Source of the DNA: Akkermansia muciniphila ATCC BAA-835
Lineage (GTDB): Bacteria; Verrucomicrobiota; Verrucomicrobiia; Verrucomicrobiales; Akkermansiaceae
Length of the DNA stretch: 32,000 bases
Assembly (NCBI RefSeq): GCF_000020225.1
Contig: NC_010655.1
Location: forward strand, 2,370,001-2,402,000
Direction of reading: 5' to 3'
A program made the translations under genes and the position numbers. This document shows positions 7,174-16,731 of this stretch, piece by piece. The notes below the pieces were generated by a model that saw nothing but the letters and a program-made list of their open reading frames with translations, searched no databases and was not told the origin of the DNA. Every line of letters starts with the position of its first letter. Position 1 is the first letter of the stretch.

Positions 7174-7646
7174 CTTCATTTCTGGAAAAGAAAATGTTTC
7201 TTTATCGGGTAATATTCAGAATGCCTGCCAGCAAATGATGTTACTGAAAAAGTACGCTTTCATCCCTTCCCTATGTTCGGCATGAATGAATTTTCCGCTA
7301 TTGAAACATAAATAGTCATTCCAGTTATACACATGTTATTATCATTTTATTCACAATTTTTCTTCCTTTTTCTCCAGTCCCCGCATTCTTTTTCCCGGGA
7401 ACAGCGTGAAACAGGAAAGGGACATACGGAAACGGAATAAAAAAATGGAAATTTCCCATCCTTCCAGAAAATCTGGAATGAAACATAAAATTTTCACAGG
7501 CGTTTTTACTTTCCGTAAATCATCCCCATACCTTTTCCATTCCCTTGAAAACAGGTTCCTCCCATTTCCCCGGAGCAATACGGGAAAAACGTGACGACAA
7601 TTGTCCTTGTTCCAATGACGGACGGACGGTAGATTTTCCGCGCCAT

Positions 7647-10600
7647 ATGAGCAGAGCATCCAGAACAGAACGCCTTGATTACCTGAAAGACCAGTTACGT
7701 AAAAGGGTTGTCATCCTGGATGGCGCCATGGGCACCAATATCCAAAAATTCAGGCTGGGAGAGGGAGATTACCGCGGAGAACGTTTTGCGGATGCGGAAT
7801 GCTATCCCAACGATTTAAAGAATAATAACGACCTTCTGGTTCTGACCAGGCCGGATATCATTCTTGATATTCACCGCCGCTTTCTTGACACGGGACGGAC
7901 GGATATTCTGGAAACCTGCACATTCGGAGCTACCAGCATCGGCCAGCATGATTATTTCTGGCACCGTCCGGAGGAAGGCAGCCACAAGGACCAGCAGTAT
8001 TTCCAGGAAGTGGTGGACGCCCCCGAATTGAAGGCCCTTGTCCGGGAATTGAATTTGGCGGCAGCCGCACTGGCCCGGCAGGCATGCGACGAAGCGGAAG
8101 CTGCAGACGGCAAGCCCCGCCTGGTGGCCGGGTCCATCGGCCCCATGCCCGTCACCTGTTCCCTGTCCCCCGACGTGAATGATCCCGGTTTCCGCGCCGT
8201 GAATTTCCGCCAGCTCAGGCAGGCGTACCGGGATCAGGTGCTGGCCCTGCTGGAAGGGGGGGTGGACATGCTGCTGGTGGAGACGATTTTCGACACGCTG
8301 AACGCCAAGGCAGCCCTGTTCGCCATTGAAGAAATTTTTGAGGAACAACCGGAAAGCTCTGTTCCGGTCATGGTATCCGTAACGCTGACGGACAAAGCCG
8401 GACGCACGCTGTCCGGCCAGACGATTGAAGCATTCTGGAACTCCATCCGCCACGTTCGCCCCTTCTCCGTAGGCATCAATTGCGCCCTGGGGCCGGACCT
8501 GATGCGCCCCTTTGCGGAAGAACTGTCCGGACTGGCAGATTGCCACATGTCCATTTATGCGAATGCCGGGCTTCCCAACCCGCTCAGCCCTACCGGCTAC
8601 GACCTTCTGCCGGCGGATATGGCCCGGTTCATGAAGGAATACGCGGAACAGGGCCTGCTGAACATCGTGGGCGGCTGCTGCGGAACCACTCCGGAGCATA
8701 TCGGCGCCATTGCGGCTGCCGTGGAAGGAATGCCTCCGCGCGTTCCGGCTCCCCAAACGCCCGCGCTTCGCCTGTCCGGATATGAAGCGTACAACCATAC
8801 GCGGGAAAAAAACACCCTCTTTGTCGGGGAACGCTGCAATGTGGCGGGTTCCCCCAAATTCGCCCGCCTGATTCGTGAAGGAAATTACGAGGAAGCGGTA
8901 TCCATTGCCCGGCAGCAGGTGGAAAACGGCGCGCTGGTATTGGATTTCTGTTTTGACGACGGCCTGATCGACGGGCCGCAGGCCATGGTCCGCTTCCTGA
9001 ACCTTGTTTCCGCAGAGCCGGATATCGCCCGCGTTCCTTTCATGGTGGATTCCTCCAAGTGGGAGGTGCTGGAAGCGGGGCTCCAATGCATGCAGGGCAA
9101 GGGAATCGTGAATTCCATTTCTCTGAAGGAGGGGGAAGAAGAATTCCTGAAGAAAGCGGCGCTGATTAAAAAGTACGGCGCAGCGGTCGTGGTCATGGCG
9201 TTTGACGAACAGGGACAGGCCGCCAATTACGAGGACCGCGTCCGCATCTCCAGACGGGCCTATGACTTGCTGGTAAACCGGGTGCAGTTTCCTCCGGAAG
9301 ACATCATTTTTGACCCGAACGTCCTGACCGTAGGCACCGGCATTGCGGAACACGCCGATTACGCTCTTGATTTCTTCAAGGCCGCAGGCTGGATCTCCCG
9401 GAACCTGCCGCATGCCCACATTTCCGGCGGCATTTCCAATGTCTCCTTTGCTTTCCGCGGCAACAACCCGGTGCGGGAAGCCATGCATTCCGCTTTCCTG
9501 TACCACGCTACGCAGCAGGGGCTGGACATGTGCATCGTGAATGCCGGGATGCTGGAGGTGTACGACAATATTCCCAAGGACAGGCTGGAGCTGATTGAAG
9601 ACGTTCTGCTGAACCGGAGGACGGACGCCACGGAACGCCTGACGGATTACGCGGAAAAACTGGCTGCGGAAAAAACCGGAGACGGAAAGGAGAAAAAAAC
9701 CGTACAGGCCTGGAGGGAGCAGGACGTTGCCAAACGTCTGGAATATTCTCTTATCAAGGGCATTACCGAATTTGTTGACGCGGATACGGAGGAGGCTTTT
9801 CAGGAGCTGGGGTCTCCGCTGAACGTGATTGAAGGCCCTCTGATGGCCGGCATGAAGGTCGTCGGGCAACTGTTCGGGGACGGCAAAATGTTCCTGCCGC
9901 AGGTGGTGAAAAGCGCCCGCGTCATGAAACAGGCTGTAGCCTGGCTCACCCCCTATATAGAAGCGGACAGCAAAGGAGCCGCCAAGGCGGGAAAAGCCGT
10001 GATCGCCACCGTGAAGGGGGACGTGCATGACATCGGCAAAAATATCGTCGGCGTGGTGTTGAGCTGCAATGGTTTTGAAATGATTGACCTGGGCGTCATG
10101 GTCCATTGCGATACCATTCTGGACCGGGCGGAAGCGGAACAGGCGGACCTGGTGATGCTTTCCGGGCTGATCACCCCTTCCCTGGAAGAGATGTCCCATG
10201 TAGCCGCGGAGATGGAACGCCGGGGGATGACCATTCCCCTGATGGTGGGGGGAGCTACGACGTCAGCCCTGCATACGGCCCTGAAAATAGCCCCCCATTA
10301 TCAAGGAGCCGTGGTGCATACGGAGGATGCCTCCCAGGTGGTTCCCGCAGCCGCCTCCCTGGTGGGAGAAAAAAAGGATTCCTACATTGCCGCCGTGAAG
10401 GCCCGGCAGGAGGAATTGCGCAACAATCATGAAAACAAACCCGTCCGGGACCTCCTGCCCCTGGAGAAAGCCAGGGAATTGCGCTGGAAGGGAGCGGAAG
10501 GCGGCTATCTCCCCCCCGTTCCCGCCCGTCTTGGCCCGGTTTCCATCGGCAGCCTGCACAGCTCCGTAAGCTGCGGCTGCTGCAGTGACGATCCACGTTA

Positions 10601-11408
10601 TTACGTAACTGTTCAGGAGCTTATCGAGCGCATGGACTGGACGCCTTTTTTCCACGCCTGGGAGCTGCACGGCACATGGGACCGCGCCCGCCGGGAGTTC
10701 CGCACCAAAGACCCGTCCAAGGCTGAGGCGGCCGCGGCGCTGTACCAGGACGCCCTCCGCTTGCTGGAACAGGCCGTGAAGGAAAACCGCTACCAGGCGC
10801 GCGGCGTCATAGGCATTTTCCCGGCCAATTCAACAGCCAGCCATGACGACATCACCGTCTGGGCTGATGAATCCAGAACCATTCCCCTGGCTACGCTGCT
10901 GACGCAGCGCCAGCAACTGGACAAACAGGGGAAACCCCGGCTGGCGCTGGCGGACTTCATCGCTCCCGAAGGCGTCAGGGATTACGTGGGGGCCATGGCG
11001 GTCAGCATCCACGGCTCCCGCCGCTGGGCAAAGGAATGGGAAGCCAGAAACGACTCCTACCGCGCCCTGCTGGTCAGCTCTCTGGCGGACCGCCTGGTGG
11101 AGGCTTTCGCGGCCATCGCCCATGACAAGCTGCGCCTTTTGTGGAATATTCCGGAAGGGTCCGGCGTGCGACCTGCCTGCGGGTACCCCAGCCAGCCGGA
11201 CCACCAGGAAAAGGAAACCGTCTTCACCCTGCTCCACGCCCGGGAGGAAGCGGGCATGAGCCTGACGGAAACATGGATGATGCAGCCCGTTTCTTCCGTC
11301 TGCGCCCTCGTCTTCTCCCATCCGGAAAGCACTTATTTCTCCGTGGGCGTCACCGGGGAAGACCAGCAGGAGGATTACGCCTCCAGAAAACGGGCCTCCC
11401 GGCCCTGA
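7647..11408 (+). CDS. metH: cobalamin-dependent methionine synthase
   Basis: 1253 aa with all MetH modules in order: homocysteine-binding ([13 protein letters not shown]), pterin-binding, B12 cap and B12-binding domain ([11 protein letters not shown] ... LSGLITPSL ... MVGGAT), and the C-terminal AdoMet activation domain. ATG verified at 7647. Confidence 0.97.
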   Translation: MSRASRTERLDYLKDQLRKRVVILDGAMGTNIQKFRLGEGDYRGERFADAECYPNDLKNNNDLLVLTRPDIILDIHRRFLDTGRTDILETCTFGATSIGQHDYFWHRPEEGSHKDQQYFQEVVDAPELKALVRELNLAAAALARQACDEAEAADGKPRLVAGSIGPMPVTCSLSPDVNDPGFRAVNFRQLRQAYRDQVLALLEGGVDMLLVETIFDTLNAKAALFAIEEIFEEQPESSVPVMVSVTLTDKAGRTLSGQTIEAFWNSIRHVRPFSVGINCALGPDLMRPFAEELSGLADCHMSIYANAGLPNPLSPTGYDLLPADMARFMKEYAEQGLLNIVGGCCGTTPEHIGAIAAAVEGMPPRVPAPQTPALRLSGYEAYNHTREKNTLFVGERCNVAGSPKFARLIREGNYEEAVSIARQQVENGALVLDFCFDDGLIDGPQAMVRFLNLVSAEPDIARVPFMVDSSKWEVLEAGLQCMQGKGIVNSISLKEGEEEFLKKAALIKKYGAAVVVMAFDEQGQAANYEDRVRISRRAYDLLVNRVQFPPEDIIFDPNVLTVGTGIAEHADYALDFFKAAGWISRNLPHAHISGGISNVSFAFRGNNPVREAMHSAFLYHATQQGLDMCIVNAGMLEVYDNIPKDRLELIEDVLLNRRTDATERLTDYAEKLAAEKTGDGKEKKTVQAWREQDVAKRLEYSLIKGITEFVDADTEEAFQELGSPLNVIEGPLMAGMKVVGQLFGDGKMFLPQVVKSARVMKQAVAWLTPYIEADSKGAAKAGKAVIATVKGDVHDIGKNIVGVVLSCNGFEMIDLGVMVHCDTILDRAEAEQADLVMLSGLITPSLEEMSHVAAEMERRGMTIPLMVGGATTSALHTALKIAPHYQGAVVHTEDASQVVPAAASLVGEKKDSYIAAVKARQEELRNNHENKPVRDLLPLEKARELRWKGAEGGYLPPVPARLGPVSIGSLHSSVSCGCCSDDPRYYVTVQELIERMDWTPFFHAWELHGTWDRARREFRTKDPSKAEAAAALYQDALRLLEQAVKENRYQARGVIGIFPANSTASHDDITVWADESRTIPLATLLTQRQQLDKQGKPRLALADFIAPEGVRDYVGAMAVSIHGSRRWAKEWEARNDSYRALLVSSLADRLVEAFAAIAHDKLRLLWNIPEGSGVRPACGYPSQPDHQEKETVFTLLHAREEAGMSLTETWMMQPVSSVCALVFSHPESTYFSVGVTGEDQQEDYASRKRASRP

Positions 11409-11425
11409 CCTCCCCTTTCCCTTTT

Positions 11426-12202
11426 ATGCAGCATACCGACCAGATACAGGCCCTTTCGGAATTCCTGCTGGAATACGCCACCACCCTCATGGGCGCGGGG
11501 GTGCACACCAACCGCGCCGTGCGCAACATTTCCCGCATTGCCTCCGCGTACGGATACAGCGCGGACATGACCATTTTCCAGCGCAATATCACCATGAGCC
11601 TGATCTGCAAGGATGACGAGACGCTGCGCCGCACCTCCGTCCGGAAACTGAAACCCCTGGCGTTCAACCTGAACCTGATCCAGCAGCTCAGTGAATTGAG
11701 CTGGCTCCCGGTGGACAACAACGTCAGCATTGCGGAAATGGAACAGGCATTCCGCTCCATGGTGCGCACCAAAAGATTTTCCCGCTGGACGGACCTGCTC
11801 CTGGTCAGCGTAGGCAACGCCGCCTTCTGCCGCCTGTTTAACGGAGACCTGTGGGCCATGCTGACCGTGTTCGCCGCCACCATGCTGGGCTTTCTGGCCA
11901 AGCAGCAGCTTACCCGGTTGAAATACAACCCGCTGGGGGTCATCATCCTTTCCGCCTTCACCGCTTCCATGGCAGCCGCGTGCGCCGTCCTTTTCCAGAT
12001 AGGCTCCACGCCGCAGATCGCCCTGGCAGCCAGCGTCCTGTTCCTGGTGCCCGGCGTCCAGATGATCAACTCCATCATGGACCTGATGCACGGCCACATC
12101 CTGATGGGCATCTCCCGCGGCATCCATTCCATCATGATGATTGCCTGCATCGCCATCGGCCTCTCCGCAACCATGCTCATCGTAGGGGTAAACAGCTTAT
12201 GA
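11426..12202 (+). CDS. threonine/serine exporter family protein, ThrE/YjjP-like subunit (DUF1212)
   Basis: 258 aa. LLEYATTLMGAGVHTNRAVRNISRIASAYGY followed by a hydrophobic C-terminal half fits the ThrE family. It starts 17 nt after the metH stop. Confidence 0.85.
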   Translation: MQHTDQIQALSEFLLEYATTLMGAGVHTNRAVRNISRIASAYGYSADMTIFQRNITMSLICKDDETLRRTSVRKLKPLAFNLNLIQQLSELSWLPVDNNVSIAEMEQAFRSMVRTKRFSRWTDLLLVSVGNAAFCRLFNGDLWAMLTVFAATMLGFLAKQQLTRLKYNPLGVIILSAFTASMAAACAVLFQIGSTPQIALAASVLFLVPGVQMINSIMDLMHGHILMGISRGIHSIMMIACIAIGLSATMLIVGVNSL

Positions 12203-12702
12203 ATCCGGATCTTATTTCCTCCATCCTTCTGGACGGGCTGATGGCCGCCATTGCCGCCACGGGATTTGCCGTCATCTCCAATCCGCCCAGGCGCGCCATT
12301 GCCGTTTCCGCCGTTCTGGCGGCCGTCGGCCACGCTTTCCGCTTTTACATGCTGCACTCCTGGACCATTGACATTTCCAGCGCCACCTTCATTGCCGCCT
12401 TCACCATAGGCATGCTGGGCGTCATGACGGCCAAGCTGGTGAAGTGCCCGGCGGAAATATTCGCTTTCCCTTCCCTGCTTCCCATGATTCCCGGCGTGTA
12501 CGCCTATAAGACCATCCTGGCCCTGATGCAGTTTATGCAGGAGAACCAGGACGCGGCCGTCATGAACCGTCTGATTGTGGACATCTGCAAAAACGGCATC
12601 ACCGCCTTCTTCATCATCTTTTCGCTGGTTATCGGAGTAGCCATACCCATGCTGATGTTCAAACGGTTGAGCTATACACGCATCATCAAGCCGGGGCATT
12701 GA
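12199..12702 (+). CDS. threonine/serine exporter family protein, YjjB-like subunit (DUF3815/ThrE_2)
   Basis: 167 aa, four to five hydrophobic helices. The ATG overlaps the upstream TGA (ATGA at 12199-12202), the usual two-gene YjjP/YjjB arrangement. Confidence 0.85.
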   Translation: MNPDLISSILLDGLMAAIAATGFAVISNPPRRAIAVSAVLAAVGHAFRFYMLHSWTIDISSATFIAAFTIGMLGVMTAKLVKCPAEIFAFPSLLPMIPGVYAYKTILALMQFMQENQDAAVMNRLIVDICKNGITAFFIIFSLVIGVAIPMLMFKRLSYTRIIKPGH

Positions 12703-12734
12703 CCTTCAAACAAGGGAGACAGGGCATTTTTCTC

Positions 12735-12763
12735 TTGCCAGACTGCGCCCCGTGTGGTTTACT
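12735..12763 (+). promoter_or_regulatory. candidate sigma70-type promoter for tRNA-Gln
   Basis: TTGCCA (12735-12740), a 17 nt spacer, then TTTACT (12758-12763), about 34 nt upstream of the tRNA 5' end. This is a pattern match only, and the promoter rules for this lineage are not known to me. Confidence 0.3.
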
Positions 12764-12796
12764 ACGCCCCGCAACGGCAGAAACGCCTGAGCAGAC

Positions 12797-12871
12797 AGCC
12801 CCATAGTGTAATTGGTAACACACCTGATTTTGGTTCAGTATTTCTAGGTTCGAGTCCTGGTGGGGCTGCCA
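12797..12871 (+). tRNA. tRNA-Gln (anticodon TTG), CCA encoded
   Basis: AGCCCCATAGTGTAATTGGTAACACACCTGATTTTGGTTCAGTATTTCTAGGTTCGAGTCCTGGTGGGGCTGCCA folds by hand into a cloverleaf. It has a 7 bp acceptor stem, D stem GTGT/ACAC, anticodon loop TTTTGGT, T arm CTAGG-TTCGAGT-CCTGG and discriminator G. There is one C:T mismatch at the top of the anticodon stem. Confidence 0.9.
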
Positions 12872-12875
12872 ATCC

Positions 12876-12900
12876 AACCCTCCTTCAAGGAGGGTTTTTT
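12876..12900 (+). terminator. rho-independent terminator after tRNA-Gln
   Basis: AACCCTCC-TTCAA-GGAGGGTT forms an 8 bp stem running straight into a T-tract (TTTTTTGTT). Confidence 0.8.
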
Positions 12901-13130
12901 GTTGCCTTTTTTCAGGATTCATCCTCTCCCGGAGCAAGCTTGAACGCCATTCCCCCATCATCCGCACAGATTCTTGAAAATCCAGCAATCGTCCTGCCGC
13001 GCATGGAACATGCGGGGGTGGAGGGAAATGCCGGAAAGAAGGGTATTCCATGAGCATCGCACACACGGCATTCCGGGGCGGTAAAAGCTCTTGCGTTACA
13101 GGGATTTTTTTGCATAATCCCCCGGCAGGA

Positions 13131-14459
13131 ATGACGGAAAAACCTATACAACTTGGGCTTGCCGGGCTGGGAACGGTCGGTTCCGGCGTTTATGAAACGC
13201 TGTGCCGCAATCACGCCCTTCTGGAAGCCCGGAGCAAGATTCCTTTCAGGCTCAAGCGCATCGCCGTGCGCAACCTGGAAAAGCCCAGGGAAACCGTCGT
13301 TCCCCGGGAACTGCTGACGGACGATTGGCAGGATTTGGTAAACGACCCGGAGATAGACATCATTATTGAGCTGATTGGCGGAACGCGCCAGGCTTACGAT
13401 CTGGTGACGCTGGCCCTCCGTGCCGGCAAGCCCGTCGTTACGGGGAACAAGGCTCTTCTGGCCGAATATGGAGCGGAGATTTTCAAGCTTTCCGCGGAAA
13501 TGGGCACCCCCATTTATTTCGAAGCGTCCGCCGGCGGCGGCATCCCCATTATCCAGAGCTTGCAGAATTCCCTGATTTGCAACCACATCAATTCCATTGT
13601 GGGCATTATCAACGGAACGTCCAACTATATTCTCTCCGCCATGGGGGAACACGGGGCCGATTACGCGGACGCCCTGGCCCAGGCCCAGAAGCTGGGCTTC
13701 GCGGAAGAAGACCCCTCCCTGGACGTCAACGGCTGGGACGCCGCCCATAAGGCGCTCATCCTGGCGATGCTGGCCTACGGAACAACCATTTCCCCGGATA
13801 AAATTTACGTCAGAGGCATTGAGAATATCACCAGCCGGGATTTCGAATTTGCCAAAAAACTGGGCTATACCATCAAGCTCCTTGTCGTCATCCGCTACCA
13901 TGAGGGGCAGGAAGACGCTCTGGAACTGCGTGTCCAGCCCTGTTTTGTCCATGACTGGCATATCCTGGCTTCCGTGAACGGCGTGTTCAACGCTATTTCC
14001 GTCAACGGGGACATTGTGGGGGAAACGCTGTTTTACGGCCGGGGAGCGGGCAAGAACCCCACAGCTTCCGCCGTCATCAGCGACATCATCACCGCCATGC
14101 GCGAAAGCCGCTATCCGGAATACCATACGGGCTTCAATCCCTATGCCAAGGCCTGCGGGATCATGCATATCAATGATACGGTCACTCCGTATTACGTCCG
14201 CTTCCAGGTAGCGGACCAGCCGGGAGTCATTGCGGAAATAGCCCGCATTCTGGCCACCTTCGGCATCGGCATTTCCGCCACCTCTTCCGCTCCCAGCCAT
14301 ATTGATGAAGGCGGAGCCCCCTGGAACGACCTCGTTTTCATCCTCCATTCCTGCCCGTGGGGCCAGCTCCAGAAGGCTCTGGAGGAAATAACCCGCATTT
14401 CCTGCGTGGCGGCGGAGCCCCGTGTCCTGCGCATAGAACATCTTCTTCCTCAATCCTAA
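13131..14459 (+). CDS. hom: homoserine dehydrogenase
   Basis: 442 aa. N-terminal Rossmann motif LGLAGLGTVGSGV, then GIPIIQSL..., NGTSNYIL and DVNGWDAAHK catalytic-region motifs, and a C-terminal ACT-like domain. ATG verified at 13131. Confidence 0.95.
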   Translation: MTEKPIQLGLAGLGTVGSGVYETLCRNHALLEARSKIPFRLKRIAVRNLEKPRETVVPRELLTDDWQDLVNDPEIDIIIELIGGTRQAYDLVTLALRAGKPVVTGNKALLAEYGAEIFKLSAEMGTPIYFEASAGGGIPIIQSLQNSLICNHINSIVGIINGTSNYILSAMGEHGADYADALAQAQKLGFAEEDPSLDVNGWDAAHKALILAMLAYGTTISPDKIYVRGIENITSRDFEFAKKLGYTIKLLVVIRYHEGQEDALELRVQPCFVHDWHILASVNGVFNAISVNGDIVGETLFYGRGAGKNPTASAVISDIITAMRESRYPEYHTGFNPYAKACGIMHINDTVTPYYVRFQVADQPGVIAEIARILATFGIGISATSSAPSHIDEGGAPWNDLVFILHSCPWGQLQKALEEITRISCVAAEPRVLRIEHLLPQS

Positions 14460-14479
14460 CCTACATATCATCCTGTTAC

Positions 14480-15697
14480 ATGGCTCTTATCGTTCAAAAA
14501 TTCGGGGGCAGCTCCGTCGGCACCATTGACCGCATCCGCAATGTAGCGCGCCGCATCCATGAAACCGCCAGGGAAGGCAACCAGGTGGTCGCCGTCGTTT
14601 CCGCCATGAGCGGCGTGACGGACAAGCTGATCGGGCTTGCCAGGGAATTGTCTGAAACGCCTTGCGAACGTGAACTTGACGTGCTGATGGCCACCGGCGA
14701 ACAGCAGTCCATCGCCCTGCTCTGCATGGCCCTGCATGAACTGGGTGAAAAAGCCATGTCCTTTACGGGGGCGCAGGCCGGAATCACCACCTTCGGCAGC
14801 CACACGCGGGGGCGCATCCACAGCATTGACCCGACGCTGATGAACAAGTACCTGCAGGAAGGCAACATCCTTATCTGCGCCGGCTTTCAGGGGGTTACGG
14901 AAGAAGGAATGGTCCAGACGCTGGGCCGCGGAGGTTCCGACCTCTCCGCCATCGCCATCGCGGCCGCTCTGAAAGCGGACGTGTGCCAGATTTTTACAGA
15001 TGTGGACGGCGTCTATACCTGTGACCCCCGCGTGGTCAAAGACGCCAAGAAGATACAAACCCTTTCATATGACGAGATGCTGGAAATGGCTTCCAACGGG
15101 TCCAAGGTGATGCAGTCGCGTTCCGTGGAATTCGCCAAAAAATTCGGTGTCGTCTTTGAAGTTCGCAACTCCATGAACAACAACCCCGGTACAATCGTGC
15201 AAGAAGAAACTCCCTCCATGGAAGCCGTCGTCATCCGCGGCATTTCCATTGACCGCAACCAGGCCCGCGTCACCATTACCGGCATTCCGGACCAAATCGG
15301 CTACACGGCCCAGATACTGGGCGCCCTGGCAGAAGCGGAAATCAACCTGGATATGATTCTGGCCAATACTGCCCACGACGGCTATGTCCGCCAGTCCTTT
15401 ACGATGCCCTCCAACGAACTGGGCCGCGCCCAAGCCGCCCTTAAACCGGTCATGGCCGCCCTCGGCTCCACCGTCAAGGTGGAAACGGAAGCGGGGCTGG
15501 CCAAGCTTTCCCTGGTCGGCATCGGCATGCGTTCCCACTCAGGCGTGGGAGCCACCGCTTTCAAGGCCCTGGCGGACGCCAACATCAAGACCGGCATGAT
15601 TTCCACCTCGGAAATCAAGATTGCCGTGATGGTGGACGAATCCGATATTGAGGAAGCGGCCCGGGTCGTACATAAGGCGTTCAACCTGGGAGCCTGA
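14480..15697 (+). CDS. lysC: aspartate kinase (monofunctional, two C-terminal ACT domains)
   Basis: 405 aa. MALIVQKFGGSSVG, VVVSAMSGVTD, GRGGSDLSA and DVDGVYTCDPR are canonical aspartokinase motifs. It starts 20 nt after hom. Confidence 0.95.
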   Translation: MALIVQKFGGSSVGTIDRIRNVARRIHETAREGNQVVAVVSAMSGVTDKLIGLARELSETPCERELDVLMATGEQQSIALLCMALHELGEKAMSFTGAQAGITTFGSHTRGRIHSIDPTLMNKYLQEGNILICAGFQGVTEEGMVQTLGRGGSDLSAIAIAAALKADVCQIFTDVDGVYTCDPRVVKDAKKIQTLSYDEMLEMASNGSKVMQSRSVEFAKKFGVVFEVRNSMNNNPGTIVQEETPSMEAVVIRGISIDRNQARVTITGIPDQIGYTAQILGALAEAEINLDMILANTAHDGYVRQSFTMPSNELGRAQAALKPVMAALGSTVKVETEAGLAKLSLVGIGMRSHSGVGATAFKALADANIKTGMISTSEIKIAVMVDESDIEEAARVVHKAFNLGA

Positions 15698-15729
15698 TTT
15701 TCTCAATATTTATCAACTCTCTTTTCCAC

Positions 15730-15760
15730 GCCGGTTCACGTCCCCGTGAACCGGCTTTTT
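15730..15760 (+). terminator. rho-independent terminator after lysC
   Basis: GCCGGTTCACG-TCCC-CGTGAACCGGC forms a perfect 11 bp stem followed by TTTTT. Confidence 0.85.
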
Positions 15761-16120
15761 CATGCGGCAAAAAAAGCAGCCCCTTCCCGGAAAAGGAACG
15801 CCATCCCCCCGTTTCCTTCCAATTTTCGAAAGAAGGAAGGGCGTCTCTCTCCGCATGCTGTTGCGGGCGTAATGGCCGTCTCAGGAACACAGGAGAATGA
15901 CGCCGCCCTTTCCCTGTTCCAGTTTTACCGGCTTGCCGCCTGCGTTTTTCAGAGTTCCCATAAAATCCATACCTTCAGGAACGGAAATTCTCCGGTTCTC
16001 CATGCAGGAAAGGGAAGTCCTTACAGGTACGGAGCAAAAAAAGCACAACAAACAAAAGGTTCATTTACAGGGGATCAACCGCCCCCCGCACCGCGCAGAG
16101 GCTGCCGCAGCCCATCCCTT

Positions 16121-16630
16121 CTATTGCACCCGTATCGTCTGCTCAATCAGTTCGTTCAGGCGCGGCGCAGTAATGCCGCCGACCATATCCTTCAGCTTCA
16201 TCCCTTCCAGATACAGAACCGTCAGAGGGACGGCTTCCAGGCCATATTTGCGAGCTATGTCCGGATAGGCATCCGCATCAATCAACACGGCAAACGCCTT
16301 GCCGTCCTGCGATTCGGCATAAGATTTTACCGCCTGGACGTAATCCATGGCCGGGCGGCTCCACGAAGCGTAAAAAACAAGGAGCACCTTGCGGCCGGAT
16401 AATTCCGTAAGCTGCCGCATGTCCTCACCTTTGTAATCCATCCATACGGGGGCCTTTTTCTTAGGTTTTGAAGGAGGGAGGACTTTTTTGGGAGGGTCAA
16501 ACGTCCTTTCCAGAGGGCGCGGAGCGGGCTTTTTTTCCGCATAACGGGCGCGCCGTTCACTGGAATCGTCGCACCCGGTCAGGCCGGCCGCCAGCAAACC
16601 GCAGACCAATATGAACAAGCCCTGTTTCAT
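16121..16630 (-). CDS. thioredoxin-fold lipoprotein lacking the CxxC active site
   Basis: Start at ATG 16628-16630 gives MKQGLFILVCGLLAAGLTGC, a signal peptide with lipobox LTGC. A Pro/Lys-rich linker follows, then the thioredoxin-like core KVLLVFYASWSRPAMDY...LIDADAYPDIARKYGLEAVPLTVLY. WSRPA occupies the usual WCGPC position. Confidence 0.75.
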   Translation of the reverse strand: MKQGLFILVCGLLAAGLTGCDDSSERRARYAEKKPAPRPLERTFDPPKKVLPPSKPKKKAPVWMDYKGEDMRQLTELSGRKVLLVFYASWSRPAMDYVQAVKSYAESQDGKAFAVLIDADAYPDIARKYGLEAVPLTVLYLEGMKLKDMVGGITAPRLNELIEQTIRVQ

Positions 16631-16731
16631 CCGCAGGCAAGTATGCCCGGAGAAGGCGAATTTGCAAGCCTGAAACCCATCCCGCTTTTCGCGTTGCCCC
16701 TCCCCCTTCTTGCTGTTATGGTGAAGGTTGC

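Noticed and set aside
7596-7605. Perfect 10 bp palindrome GACAATTGTC 42 nt upstream of the metH ATG
   Set aside because: A 10 bp palindrome is expected about once per kb by chance (5 constrained positions). On its own it is not evidence for an operator.
7174-7646. Searched the metH upstream region for a cobalamin, SAM or SAH riboswitch
   Set aside because: GGGAACAGCGTGAAACAGG superficially resembles the GGGAA...GGTGAAA part of a cobalamin riboswitch. However, there is no B12 box (AGYCMGGAGACCKGCC-like) or GCCACTG element, and no SAM-I, SAM-II or SAH core sequences that I can recognise. A covariance-model scan would be the decisive test.
7815-10199. 794 aa ORF on the - strand, antisense to metH
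   Set aside because: It lies entirely inside metH, whose domain motifs are unambiguous. The product is Gly/His/Arg/Val/Pro-rich with no recognisable motifs. Long stop-free antisense frames are a known by-product of GC-rich codon bias.
12901-13130. Looked for a lysine riboswitch (L-box) or a Thr/Met leader-peptide attenuator upstream of hom-lysC
   Set aside because: No L-box core elements are recognisable, there is no short ORF enriched in regulatory codons, and no terminator/antiterminator pair. Only small 6-7 bp hairpins are present, for example GGGATT/AATCCC just before the ATG.
12912-14471. 519 aa - strand ORF opposite hom, and similar antisense or out-of-frame ORFs (3143-4405, 11350-12699, 14468-15058, 17106-18926, 29512-31002)
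   Set aside because: Each overlaps a gene with strong family motifs on the other strand or frame. All have Arg/Gly/Pro/His-rich compositions typical of non-coding frames in GC-rich DNA.
15746-16402. 218 aa + strand ORF spanning the lysC terminator and the 3' part of the thioredoxin-fold gene
   Set aside because: It starts inside a terminator hairpin and runs antisense to a gene with a clear lipoprotein signal and thioredoxin fold. The translation is Arg/Pro/Ala-rich and featureless.
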